Origin: Octopus sinensis
Lineage: Eukaryota
Direction: 5' to 3'
Assembly: GCF_006345805.1 (NCBI RefSeq)
Contig: NW_021824415.1
Span: 1-19,637, forward strand
DNA length: 19,637 bases
How positions within the stretch are numbered: the stretch's first letter is position 1; every line of letters starts with the position of its first letter. Positions 1 through 11,784 of the stretch are shown here, piece by piece. The notes under the pieces are model-generated. The model was not told where the DNA came from. It searched no databases and was given only the letters and a program-made list of their open reading frames with translations. The translations under genes and the position numbers were made by a program.

Positions 1-45
1 ATATATACACGTATATATTTATATACATATACATATATTTTATAA

Positions 46-94
<49 letters not shown>

Positions 95-280
95 ACACAT
101 ATATATACATACATGTATATATATGGAAAAAGTCAAGGTTCCTTTTCAACCTTCTACACCCCCCCCCACACACACACACATATATATATTTATATATATA
201 TATACACACACAACCATACACATGCATAACTTATTTATACATACTTGAATATTAGTATATATACATATATCTCTGTATTT
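1..280. repeat. Compound microsatellite (TA)n/(TACA)n/(CA)n
   Basis: Directly visible runs of ta, cata and ca. Confidence 0.95.
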
Positions 281-499
281 ATATGCAGGTGTCTCTGTCT
301 GTCTTTTATATATTCCTGTTTATGCCCGTAGATACATATATTTTCCTAATAGAAATTTATATGTTAACGAGCACTCACATGTATACACAAACGCGCGCAC
401 ACCGACACACCCACACACCTTCGCAGACCAACACAGACAGGCTACATACACAGACATACATACAGACCTCGTTCTTTCCTTTTCTTTCTCTCTGAGTGT

Positions 500-534
500 T
501 TATCTGTCTGTCTATCTGTCTGCTTGTCTCTGTC

Positions 535-574
<40 letters not shown>

Positions 575-575
575 C
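500..575. repeat. (TCTG)n/(TC)n microsatellite
   Basis: Visible tctg and tc runs. Confidence 0.9.
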
Positions 576-782
576 ATACATACACGTATTTAGATTGTTG
601 GGATGAGATTTCTCCGTTTCTACTCTGAGCTTCGTAAAAATCGCCGATAATGTAACTGATTTTTATATTTTATATGTGATCTTTGTAATAAAATCGATAT
701 GTTGGGCAATCATTGATAAAAAAGAAAAAAGAAAAAAGAAAGAATATGAAGAAAAATAGAGTAAGTACACATATAACAGAAT

Positions 783-786
783 ATTA

Positions 787-869
<83 letters not shown>

Positions 870-896
870 TATGTGTGTATGTGTTTGTGTGTATAT

Positions 897-930
<34 letters not shown>

Positions 931-950
931 AATGTCACACACACACACAC
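783..950. repeat. (TA)n-(TG)n-(TA)n-(CA)n microsatellite
   Basis: Visible dinucleotide runs; they explain the YIYI/CVCV ORFs. Confidence 0.95.
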
Positions 951-2337
951 GTATTTATATTTGCACATGCATTTACATAAAGATAATGCACAGCTATGTT
1001 GAAATATCCCTTTTACATATTCTAACCATCTTCACATTTATTACATAGTTTCATATTTAGTACCAATCACGACTAGTTAACACTCTGGCAGCTATTGGAG
1101 GAGAATGAGTACTTTATTTTTTAAGTATATTTTTTAAAAAAATGTTAGTTTACAACGCTTATCTTTTTATAAAAGTGTTTTTTGATAACAATTGTATATT
1201 AATCAAATAGTTTATATTAATCAAATGTTTAAATGTAGTTTATATTTCTTAATAAATTGCTTTTTATTCTCATGTAATCATTGTTGCTGTGGTTGAATCT
1301 GAGCATTTATAAGATGGAGGTATATTGAAATTAAGTAGATTCATTCTTGCACATAAAATTTCTATATGTTCACTTAACAGAATTTTTCTGATATTTTCGG
1401 AATTGATTTTGTTGTCGCTGCAGTGTCATTCGTTTTCCTAGTTATGTATAGATTCTGTTATAGACAGCACATAGGTTGGGGAGGTCAGGTGTTACCCTGC
1501 ATGCAGGCCTCTTTTTCTGCTTCTGCTTTTAGTGTTGAATGTGTCTTTTCTAGTGTTAGTGTGGAGTGTGTCTCTTACGATCAGTCTACCCCAACAGCGA
1601 AGCCAGCAAAGTGAACTATAAGTAGTGAAATCTTTCACTCATGAAAATTTCATATTGCTCTTATTTAAACAAGCCTTTAGCTTGTCTTTGAAATTTTTCT
1701 TTGATTTATCAACAAGGTGTTGACCATTGTAAAGCTATTACTAAGCGATCCTACTAAAGAGATGTGACTGATAAATGGTTACTACATGTCATGGTAATAT
1801 AAAGTTTGATGCCTATATAAGTGAAGATTAAATGCGATTGGAGTTGGTTTGACGGTGGATTTGCAAGTGTGTAATTCTATTTCAGCAAATGACTGAAAGA
1901 ATCTTCTGGGTACCCTGGATATGAAAGATCTCTAGTGTCCGTTCTATCCATGTTCTACCCATACATGAGAGCAGAACCCCCCTAGTGTTCGGTAGATGAA
2001 AACCATGGCACGCAGGATGAAGTGGATGTTTTGAAGGACTCTTCTAACCCACTATACAGTGTCTGGAAAGGGTGTTGCCTTGGTATTTGGATTGTAAGAA
2101 TGTAGCTAGCTTTTAGTGCTGTGCTGAGCAATTGTGTAGATGAGAAAGCGTCGCGCAGTGTGTTGCTGACAGGGAATTTCAGGTCCAATTGTCTATTCGC
2201 TTATATGTTATAATGGCTACTGAAATGGTAATTCAAAGGGACTCCGGAGTGCAATCGTTTCTATCACACTCATTAAGATACTACAGTTCGATGGTCCGTT
2301 CAGATATGCACTCGGTTGTGGTTTGTAACTTTCTAAT

Positions 2338-2487
2338 GTTGAAGAGATGGGTTCCCGCCGAGTTTGAAGCTACGAGTGACCCTCACCTTCTTTTCCATCC
2401 ATTTGCTTAGCAATGTGATCACACACATAAGGAAGATACAGGGCCTGTGTGTCGCATTGTTACACTCCCATTTTTACATTGCGAACT
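2338..2487 (+). repeat. 150-bp segment duplicated at 3062-3211 (in-place copy)
   Basis: Identical to 3062-3211 except for 2 substitutions; offset 724 bp. Confidence 0.95.
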
Positions 2488-2760
2488 CAGATTTTTGTCA
2501 TCCAGTAACTCGACTACTACTTTTGTGTGGAGCTGACAGAAGAGAATCCTGAATGTAGGCAGGCAGCCAGACTTTCCAGGAAAATCCCACAGGAGATACC
2601 TTTTTTATGGTGTCAAAGGCTTTTGACAAATCTTCAGATGTAATGAACAGTTCCCGATGTTGCTCCTCGTATTTCCCTTGAAGCTGTTTTACAATGCTGA
2701 TTATGTTGACTATACCTCAGTCTTTGAAAAAGTTGCAATCAGAAAACAACAAACCGCCCT

Positions 2761-2812
2761 GATATTGATTAAGCCATCAGATATTGATTAAGCAATCTGA
2801 TATTGATTAAGC
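2761..2812 (+). repeat. Three copies of gatattgattaagc at a 19-bp period
   Basis: Copies at 2761-2774, 2780-2793 and 2799-2812, with 5-bp spacers catca and aatct. Confidence 0.95.
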
Positions 2813-3061
2813 CTGTCCTTTGAACATGACCTTGGCCAGGGCCTTACAAGCAATGGACAGGAGCGCTAACCACTCCTGTTGCAGCAAATAAATTTTTTTG
2901 AAAACGATGTTTTTATATGCTCCTCATTCAACACTGATTTAGTGATGAAAATGCTCTTGTGCAACTGTAATGCTCGCATTCAAAATCTCTGCTAAAATAT
3001 TGTCCGTTCTGGGAGATTTTCTAGATTGTTTTGGTGGCAGTACTAACTGCAACAAGAACTG

Positions 3062-3211
3062 GTTGAAGAGATGGGTTCCCGCCGAGTTTGAAGCTACGAG
3101 TGACCCTCACCTTCTTTTCCATCCATTTGCTTAGCAATGTGATCACACACATAAGGAAAATACAGGGCCTGCGTGTCGCATTGTTACACTCCCATTTTTA
3201 CATTGCGAACT
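3062..3211 (+). repeat. 150-bp duplicate of 2338-2487 (out-of-order copy)
   Basis: gttgaagagatggg...attgcgaact; it interrupts otherwise collinear RTE linker sequence. Confidence 0.93.
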
Positions 3212-3977
3212 TTAAGGAGAGGGATAATATGCATTTAACAAAACTCTTCCATGACTATAAATCTACTGGCTGAGACTGGCCAAGGAGCAGGTTGAAGTAT
3301 GTTTCCGAGTATTTTCCTGTTGCTGGTTTTTAATAAATAAATAAATACTATCTAATAACCTGAGAGTTTATCATAGAAGTTGTGCATATCATACCTGTCC
3401 CCAAGCATCTGGATATCTACAGTTTTTGCAATCCATCGTGCATTATTACGGGTGAGCAAGGTGGATATTGCCTCACTTCGAAGTGTTCGCCATTGTTCTT
3501 CCTTCTATTATCTGTGTGATGATAGATGTCCAGAGTAGCTCTGTAGGCCATGCGAAGGTCTTTCGGATGGTTTGTCGATTGTTCTCATAGAACCAGTGTT
3601 GATGTCTTTAGTTTTGGATTTGGATTTCCGAGTTGTTGACATCAAACATTGACTGCTTATTTCACATAAGAATACTGGGCAGTATGCAACGTTTCTGGCT
3701 TTTACGACCACAATGTTGAATGTCCTCACAACTACAGCTTCTTGTCCAATAACTGAAGTAAGGAGAGACCATTTTTAGGTTGAATTTTCTAAGCCTTTTC
3801 CTTACCAGAATGATCTGTTCGTTCTTAGATAAGATTGTTCAGTTTCTCGGGGGCTCAGTGCGGTGCAGTTGTAACGTAATCTCAAGGGCCTCTTTACTGT
3901 TATGCTGAAACGTAGACTTTTGACTAGGAGTTTCCAACACGTTCCAATGTAATTCTGTTTCTGGAGTCTCTGTCGGG

Positions 3978-4194
3978 TCTCTCTCTTTCTCTTTTCTCTT
4001 TTACTTGTTTCAGTCATTTGACTGCGGCCATGCTGGAGCACCGCCTTTAGTCGAGCAAATCGACCCCGGGACTTATTCTTTGTAAGCCCAGTACTTGTTC
4101 TATCGGTCTCTTGCCGAACCGCTAAGTGACGGGGACGTAAACACACCAGCATCGGTTGTCAAGCAATGCTAGGGGAACAAACACAGACACACAA

Positions 4195-4225
<31 letters not shown>

Positions 4226-4396
4226 CATATATACGACAGGCTTCTTTCAGTTTCCGTCTACCAAATCCACTCACAAAGCATTGGTCGGCCCGGGGCTATA
4301 GTAGAAGACACTTGCCCAAGATGCCACGCAGTGGGACTGAACCCGGATCCATGTGGTTGGTTAGCAAGCTACTTACCACATAGCCACTCCTGTGTC
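3978..4396 (-). mobile_element. tRNA-derived SINE, near full length (octopus-type family), with internal TA/TG microsatellite
   Basis: Minus-strand head GACACAGGAG with A-box-like TGGCTATGTGG (4376-4386) and B-box-like GGTTCAGTCCC (4333-4343). It ends in ...GGCCGCAGTCAAATGACTGAAACAAG plus an A/G simple-repeat tail. A second copy lies at 6098-6478. Confidence 0.9.
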
Positions 4397-4685
4397 TAAT
4401 TTATTTTTTTAGGGATACAAGATCTCAAATCTACGTTGCAGAAAAATACACTCGTCCTACGAAGTGCTTTCTATTTTGGAAAAAAAAAAAGATGCGCATT
4501 TATCAGTTTCAGTATTTTTGTAATGACGGAGATAGTCAGTGGGACTCTGTGTGCGTGTGTTGTGGTGGGGAGGGGAGGGGAAAAACGACCAGTAACTTCT
4601 CATAGCTGCACGACGCTACTGCAAATACATTATGTCGGAAATCAACTTAGCGCTGATCTTCGCAGCTTGTCGAGAACATTCAAAG

Positions 4686-4830
4686 ATGTGGTCTCTCACC
4701 ATTTTTCTTCTTCTTCTCTGGACTCATCCACAAAACAGCTGGGCAGTGATTGATAAGTGTCAGGGTTTATCTATCACGGTCAGTCAGCACAATCTATTCC
4801 TGGATTCTTCTGTTGCTTCGAGATCTCTTG
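4686..4830 (+). CDS. Candidate first coding exon of a secreted or membrane protein (signal peptide); product unknown
   Basis: ATG with A at -3 encodes MWSLTIFLLLLWTHPQNSWAVIDKCQGLSITVSQHNLFLDSSVASRSL. It is followed by a canonical G|GTAAGT donor at 4830/4831 (phase 1) and lies in non-repetitive sequence. No homology was recognised and no downstream exon was found. Confidence 0.35.
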
Positions 4831-5029
4831 GTAAGTTATCAAGGAAATGAAAAGAACAGAGTTAATATGTATGACCGAGGGAATGTTGGTGAAAACAAGG
4901 TGCTGTACAGACGGAGAAAATTCACGCACTGGACTGTTTTTTCATTACATACAAAAATCAATCTATAAGCAAGTTTGTTGTATTATTGTATTATTATACA
5001 AGATGCGATGAATCGCATCACACATGTCC

Positions 5030-5275
5030 ACATAAGTGTGCATATATGCACACATATATGTATGCACACACATAAAAACATACACACACACAAACATACC
5101 GGCACACACACACACACGCACACGCAAACATACCAGTACACACACGAATATATAAATTTAAAAATTCAAAAGAGTTATCACATAGTTGTGCCATACATAC
5201 ATACATACATACATACATACATACGTTATGTGTATATATATATATCTATGAATAATTATAGATGTATATATATAC

Positions 5276-5307
<32 letters not shown>

Positions 5308-5340
5308 GCATATATATGTGTGTGTATGTGTGTGTGTGTA
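5030..5340. repeat. (CA)n/(TACA)n/(TA)n/(TG)n microsatellite cluster
   Basis: Visible runs. Confidence 0.9.
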
Positions 5341-5459
5341 TTCGGTAAATTTGTCGACACATTTTTAATACATTGAATAAATTTATTGTTAGACATTATT
5401 TAAAGTTTTATTCGTTCACCAAACATGTCGCATTTTCAAATTATTAACAAATTTACACA

Positions 5460-5685
5460 ATATATGAATATATATGATATATACACATGAAAAACAAGAT
5501 ACAAAATACATATATGTATATATATATGCGTGTATATATACATGTATACATATATATATGTGTGTATATATATATATACATGTATATATATATATATAAA
5601 TGTATACCTCTATATATATATGTATACATGTATATATATATATGCATATATATGTGTGTATATATATATATACATGCATATATAT

Positions 5686-5730
<45 letters not shown>
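5460..5730. repeat. Degenerate (TA)n microsatellite
   Basis: Visible runs with interspersed tg/ca. Confidence 0.92.
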
Positions 5731-5731
<1 letters not shown>

Positions 5732-6097
5732 AGTGAAAAACAAATGAAATTTCCTTTCTAAAATAGAATCACGATACATACAAAGACTAAGGTAAACTGA
5801 AGGAAGAAATAATATTCTAAAATTAGAAATTTCAAGCAAAGACTTTGAAATAATCCACTGCTTCGCGATTTTGATATTCGCTAAAATTTTGAATTCTCGT
5901 AGCGCAATCTTTTTATTTCTTTCGTGGATGTGAAATCTTCTTTCTTAGGGACATATACTGCTCGATTATTTTGTCATTCTTCCTTTTTATTCTTTTCGTT
6001 ATTTCATTTCCTAAAATTTCCAGATAGTTGAATGAAAACACTCGTGTCTTTGAAATATTTTCTTCTCTGTCAATGTGATGGCGTATTTTTCTGTGTA

Positions 6098-6478
6098 TAC
6101 TCTTTTACTCTTTTACTTGTTTCAGTCATTTGACTGCGGCCATGCTGGAGCACCACCTTTAGTCGAGCAAATCGACCCCGGGACTTATTCTTTGTAAGCC
6201 CAGTACTTATTCTATCGGTCTCTTTTGCTGAACCGCTAAGTGACGGGGACGTAAACACACCAGCATCGGTTGTCAAGCAATGCTAGAGGGACAAACACAG
6301 ACACACAAACACACACATACATATATATATATACATATAAACGACAGGCTTCTTTCAGTTTCCGGCTACCAAATCCACTCACAAGGCATTGGTCAGCCCG
6401 GGGCTATAGCAGAAGACACTTGCACAAGTGGGACTGAACCCAGCACCATGTGGCTGGTTAGCAAGCCACTCCTGCGCC
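6098..6478 (-). mobile_element. Second copy of the same tRNA-derived SINE, with small deletions in the head
   Basis: Aligns closely by eye with 3978-4396. Its head is GGCGCAGGAGTGGC. It lacks the tacttaccacatag segment and part of ccaagatgccacgc. Confidence 0.92.
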
Positions 6479-6741
6479 TATAAAAACTTGAAAAAAACCC
6501 CAACATTTTTAGTGATGTATTGTCTCTGGCGATCAAATAGAAGAAACGACGTTTTTATTATTGTCTCTTGATATAATTACTTTACAATGAAATTATTAGG
6601 CAATAAAATCTAAATTACAAGCGATGAATTTATCGCAATATAATTATAGGTAAGAAAATATTCACCAAAGAATTCACAGGAAATCTCACACCTCACACTC
6701 ATACACACGCGAATATGTACGTAAATACTAACATAAATATA

Positions 6742-6744
<3 letters not shown>

Positions 6745-6786
<42 letters not shown>
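6745..6786. repeat. (TA)n microsatellite
   Basis: Visible run. Confidence 0.95.
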
Positions 6787-6790
<4 letters not shown>

Positions 6791-6884
6791 TTATGACTAA
6801 TGTAGGATAAAATTGTTTTTCACAAAAAAATTTTTTTTATCAATGGCCAGCATATCAAAAAATACCATTAAATGTTAAATTTAT

Positions 6885-7128
6885 AAATAATTTACAAAAA
6901 TAAGGGCAAAAGAAAAATTCTAATGCCAAATATGCCGAAAAAAAAGACAAAATTATCAATCACCATTTTAATTTATGCGTCTCGAAATAAACCGATAGAA
7001 ATTTCTAAAAATTCCGTTATTACCGTATAGGTCCCAATTTCGGGGTTAATTCATAAGAATTTTCCATTCTTCAGCAATAAATACGTGAGATATATATGAA
7101 ATAATTTACAAAAATAAGGGCAAAAGAA
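6885..7128 (+). repeat. Perfect 30-bp direct repeat pair (6885-6914 and 7099-7128)
   Basis: aaataatttacaaaaataagggcaaaagaa occurs twice, 214 bp apart. Confidence 0.9.
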
Positions 7129-7140
7129 TATTTATGTATA

Positions 7141-7345
7141 TCTTTTACCTTGTTTCAGTCATTGGACTGCGGCCGTGCTGGGGCACCGGTTTGAAGAACT
7201 TTTAGTCGAGTGAATCGATCCTAGTACTTATTTTTTGAAAAGCCTTAGTACTTATTATTCTATCGGTCTCTGTTTGCTGAACCGCTAGATAACGACGACA
7301 TGAACACACACCAACATCGATCGTCAAGCGGTAGTAGGGGACAAA
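7141..7345 (-). mobile_element. 3' part of a diverged related SINE, truncated by the satellite
   Basis: ttgtttcagtcattggactgcggccgtgctgg...gctgaaccgct...gtcaagcgg...ggggacaaa matches the SINE 3' half. It stops where cacagacaca would follow. Confidence 0.85.
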
Positions 7346-8474
7346 AAAATTTTCGGGAAAAATTTTCAAAAATTTTTGAGGAAGATTTCCCAAAAATTTT
7401 TCAAACATTTTTAGGAAAAATTTTCTAAAAATTTTTGGGTAAAATTTTCTAAAAATTTTTGGATAAAATTTTCTAAAAACTTTTGGTGAAAATTTTCGAG
7501 GAATTTTTGGGTAAAATTTTCTAAAAATTTTTGGGGAAAATTTTCGGTGAAAATTTTCTAAAAATTTTTGGGGTAAATTTTCTGTGAAAATTTTCTAAAA
7601 ATTTTTGGGGAAAATTTTCGGGAAAAATTTTCGAAAAATGTTTGGGTAAAAATTTTCGAACAATTTTTGGAGGAAATTTTCGGTGAAAATTTTCGAAAGA
7701 ATTTGGGTAAAATTTTCTAAAAATTTTTGGTGAAAATTTTCTATGAAAATTTTTATGTAAAATTTTCGGTGAAAATTTACAAAAATTTTTGGGTAAAATT
7801 TTCGGTGATAATTTTTGGTGAAAATTTTCGAACAATTTTTTGGTAAAATTTTCGAAAAAATTTTTGGGTAAAATTTTCGGTGTGAAATTAAAAAAAAATT
7901 TTTTGGTAAAATAAATTTTCGGGAAAAATTTTGTTGAAAATTTTTGAGGAAGATTTCCCCAAAAATTTTTAAAAAAAATTTTTAGGAAAAATAAAAAAAT
8001 TTGTGGGACTAACAAAACTCAAAAATTTTTGAGGAAAATTTTCAAAAAGTTTTTCAAAAATTTTTAAGAAAAATTTTCAAAAATTTTTGTGAAAAAGTTT
8101 CAAAAATTTTTGGAAAATTTTCAAAAGCTTTTTCAAAAATTTTTTCAAAGAAGTTTTCAAAAATTTTTGGGGTAAAATTTTTTCGGAAAATTTTTGGGTA
8201 AAATTTTCGAAAAATTTTTGGGTTAAAATTTTCGAAAAATTTTTGGGTAAAATTTTCGAAAAATTTTTGGTGAAAATTTTCGATCAATTTTTGGGTAAAA
8301 TTTTCAAAATATTTTTTGTTGAAAATTTTCGAAAAGTTTTTAGAAAAATTAAAAAAAAATTTTGTGGAGGAAAGTTTCTGGGAGAAATTTTCGGAAAATT
8401 TTTGATGAAAGTTTTCGAAAAATTTTTGAAAAATTTTTGGGGAAAATTTTCGAAAAATTTTTGGGTACAATTTT

Positions 8475-9085
8475 CGGTGCCAAAATCAAAAAGTATGGAA
8501 AGCCAGCGGTGCCAAAATCACAAAGTATGGAAAGCCAGTGGTGACAAAATCACAAAGTATGGAAAGCCAGCGGTGCCAAAATCACAAAGTATAGAAAGCC
8601 AGCGGTGCCAAAATCAAAAAGTATGGAAAGCCAGCGGTGCCAAAATCACAAAGTATGGAAAGCCAGCGGTGACAAAATCACAATGTATGGAGACCTAGCG
8701 GTGCCAAAATCACAAACTATTGCTTTCCATACTTTGTGGTTTTGGCACCGCTGGCTTTCCATACTTTGTGATTTTGGCAGCTGGCTTCCATACTTTTTGA
8801 TTTTGGCACCGCTGGCTTTCCATACTTTGTGATTTTGGCACCGCTGGCTTTCCATACTTTGTGATTTTGTCACCACTGGCTTTCCATACTTTGTGATTTT
8901 GGCACCGCTGGCTTTCCATACTTTTTGATTTTGGCACCGCTGGCTTTCCATACTTTGTGATTTTGGCACCGCTGGCTTTCCATACTTTGTGATTTTGGCA
9001 CCGATGGCTATCCATACTTGTGATTTTGGCACCGCTGGCCTTCCATACTTTTCCCCAAAAATTTTTTCAAAATTTTCACCGAAAA
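8475..9085. repeat. Palindromic module 1 (32-bp unit cggtgccaaaatcacaaagtatggaaagccag, forward then inverted)
   Basis: About 7.7 forward units, centre ttgctttcca at 8720-8729, then about 10 inverted units. Confidence 0.95.
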
Positions 9086-10296
9086 ACTTTCTAAAAATTT
9101 TTGGGTAAAATTTTCGTTGAAAATTTTCGAAAAATCTTTGGGAAAAATTTTCGGTGAAAACTTTGACAAAATTTTGGGTTGGTAAACTTTTAAGGTGAAA
9201 ATTTTCCAAAAAAATTTGGGAAAAAATTCCCGAAAAACTTTTGGGCAAAATTTTCGGTGTAAATTTTCGAAAAATTTTTGGGTAAAATTTTCTGTGAAAA
9301 TTTTCGAAAAATTTTTGGGTAAAATTTTCGAAATATTTTTGGGTAAAATTTTCGAAAAATTTTTGGGGAAAATTTTCGGTGAAAATTTTCTAAAAATTTT
9401 TGGGGTAAATTTTTGGTGAAAATTTTCTAAAAATTTTTGGGGAAAATTTTCGGGAAAAATTTTCGAAAAATGTTTGGGTAAAAATTTTCGAACAATTTTT
9501 GGAGGAAATTTTCGGTGAAAATTTTCGAAAGAATTTGGGTAAAATTTTCTAAAAATTTTTGGTGAAAATTTTCTGTGAAAATTTTTATGTAAAATTTTCG
9601 GTGAAAATTTTCAAAAATTTTTGGGTAAAATTTTCGGTGATAATTTTTGGTGAAAATTTTCGAAAAATTTTTTGGTAAAATTTTCGAAAAATTTTTGGGT
9701 AAAATTTTCGGTGAAAATTAAAAAAAAATTTTTGGGTAAAATTTTCGGGAAAAATTTTGAAAAATTTTTGAGGAAGATTTCCCCAAAATTTAAAAAAATT
9801 TTTAGGAAAAATAAAAAAAATTTGGGGACTCAAAAAATTTTTGAGGAAAATTTTCAAAAAGTTTTTCAAAAATTTTTAAGAAAAATTTTCAAAAATTTTT
9901 GGGAAAAAGTTTCAAAAATTTTTGAGGAAAATTTTCAAAAGCTTTTTCAAAAATTTTTTGAAAGAAGTTTTCAAAAATTTTTGGGTAAAATTTTCCGTGA
10001 AAATTTTCGGAAAATTTTTGGGTAAAATTTTCGAAAAATTTTTGGGTTAAAATTTTCGAAAAATTTTTGGGTAAAATTTTCGAAAAATTTTTGGTGAAAA
10101 TTTTCGATCAATTTTTGGGTAAAATTTTCAAAATATTTTTTGTGAAAATTTTCGAAAAGTTTTTAGAAAAATTTAAAAAAATTTTGTGGAGGAAAGTTTT
10201 TGGGAGAAATTTTCGGAAAATTTTTGATGAAAGTTTTCGAAAAATTTTTGAAAAATTTTTGGGGAAAATTTTCGAAAAATTTTTGGGTACAATTTT

Positions 10297-10815
10297 CGGT
10301 GCCAAAATCAAAAAGTATGGAAAGCCAGCGGTGCCAAAATCACAAAGTATGGAAAGCCAGCGGTGCCAAAATCAAAAAGTATGGAAAGCCAGCGGTGCCA
10401 AAATCACAAAGTATGGAAAGCCAGCGGTGACAAAATCACAATGTATGGAGACCTAGCGGTGCCAAAATCACAAAGTATTGCTTTCCATACTTTGTGGTTT
10501 TGGCACCGCTGGCTTTCCATACTTTGTGATTTTGGCACCGCTGGCTTTCCATACTTTTTGATTTTGGCACCGCTGGCTTTCCATACTTTGTGATTTTGGC
10601 ACCGCTGGCTTTCCATACTTTGTGATTTTGTCACCGCTGGCTTTCCATACTTTGTGATTTTGGCACCGATGGCTTTCCATACTTTGTGATTTTGGCACCG
10701 CTGGCTTTCCATACTTTGTGATTTTGGCACCGCTGGCTTTCCATACTTTGTGATTTTGGCACCGCTGGCCTTCCATACTTTTCCCCAAAAATTTTTTCAA
10801 AATTTTCACCGAAAA
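10297..10815. repeat. Palindromic module 2
   Basis: Centre at 10478-10487. Confidence 0.95.
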
Positions 10816-11331
10816 ACTTTCTAAAAATTTTTGGGTAAAATTTTCGTTGAAAATTTTCGAAAAAGCTTTGGGAAAAATTTTCGGTGAAAACTTTGACAAA
10901 ATTTTTGGGTAAACTTTTAGGTGAAAATTTTCGAAAAAAATTTTGGAAAAAATTCCCGAAAAACTTTTGGGCAAAATTTTCGGTGTAAATTTTCGAAAAA
11001 TTTTTGGGTAAAATTTCCGGTGAAAATTTTCGAAAAATTTTTGGGTAAAATTTTCGAGGAATTTTTGGGTAAAATTTTCTAAAAATTTTTGGGGAAAATT
11101 GTCGGTGAAAATTTTCTAAAAATTTTTGGTGAAAATTTTCGATCAATTTTTGGGTAAAATTTTCAAAATATTTTTTGTGAAAATTTTCGAAAAGTTTTTA
11201 GAAAAATTTTAAAAAATTTTGTGGAGGAAAGTTTCTGGGAGAAATTTTCGGAAAATTTTTGATGAAAGTTTTCGAAAAATTTTTGAAAAATTTTTGGGGA
11301 AAATTTTCGAAAAATTTTTGGGTACAATTTT

Positions 11332-11784
11332 CGGTGCCAAAATCAAAAAGTATGGAAGCCAGCGTTGCCAAAATCACAAAGTATGGAAAGCCAGTGGTGA
11401 CAAAATCACAAAGTATGGAAAGCCAGCGGTGCCAAAATCACAAAGTATAGAAAGCCAGCGGTGCCAAAATCAAAAAGTATGGAAAGCCAGCGGTGCCAAA
11501 ATCACAAAGTATGGAAAGCCAGCGGTGCCAAAATCACAAAGTATTGCTTTCCATACTTTGTGGTTTTGGCACCGCTGGCTTTCCATACTTTGTGATTTTG
11601 GCACCGCTGGCTTTCCATACTTTTTGATTTTGGCACCGCTGGCTTTCCATACTTTGGATTTTGTCACCGCTGGCTTTCCATACTTTGTGATTTTGGCACC
11701 GATGGCTATCCATACTTTGTGATTTTGGCACCGCTGGCCTTCCATACTTTTCCCCAAAAATTTTTTCAAAATTTTCACCGAAAA
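11332..11784. repeat. Palindromic module 3
   Basis: Centre at 11544-11553; it lacks the caatgtatggagacctag variant unit. Confidence 0.95.

Larger units (their letters stand above)
1390..3975 (-). mobile_element. Heavily decayed RTE-clade non-LTR retrotransposon (endonuclease C-terminus, linker, RT, C-terminal region)
   Basis: Manual minus-strand translation across stops and frameshifts gives RTE motifs in the expected order: TDH-LVRK (~3810), RHQHWFYENN, DMHNFYD (3370-3390), YFNLLL, KSPRTDNILAEIL, LLSIACKALAKVM, QLQGKYEEQHRELFITSEDLSKAFDT (DLSKAFD at 2612-2632), VKMGV*Q, LFNIRKLQ, EL*YLNEC (decayed YADD, 2266-2286), KYQGNTLS, LMYG, LEIFHIQGTQKIL, KKNFKDKLKA. The outer boundaries are approximate. 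Confidence 0.88.

Noticed and set aside
283-1002. ORFs rich in YI/HT/CV (also 4963-5732 and 18106-18383)
   Set aside because: They are translations of dinucleotide and tetranucleotide microsatellites.
3802-4399. ORFs such as MLVCLRPRHLAVRQETDRTSTGLTKNKSRGRF (also 6070-6483 and 18859-19107)
   Set aside because: They lie largely within SINE copies and recur with each copy, so they are not host genes.
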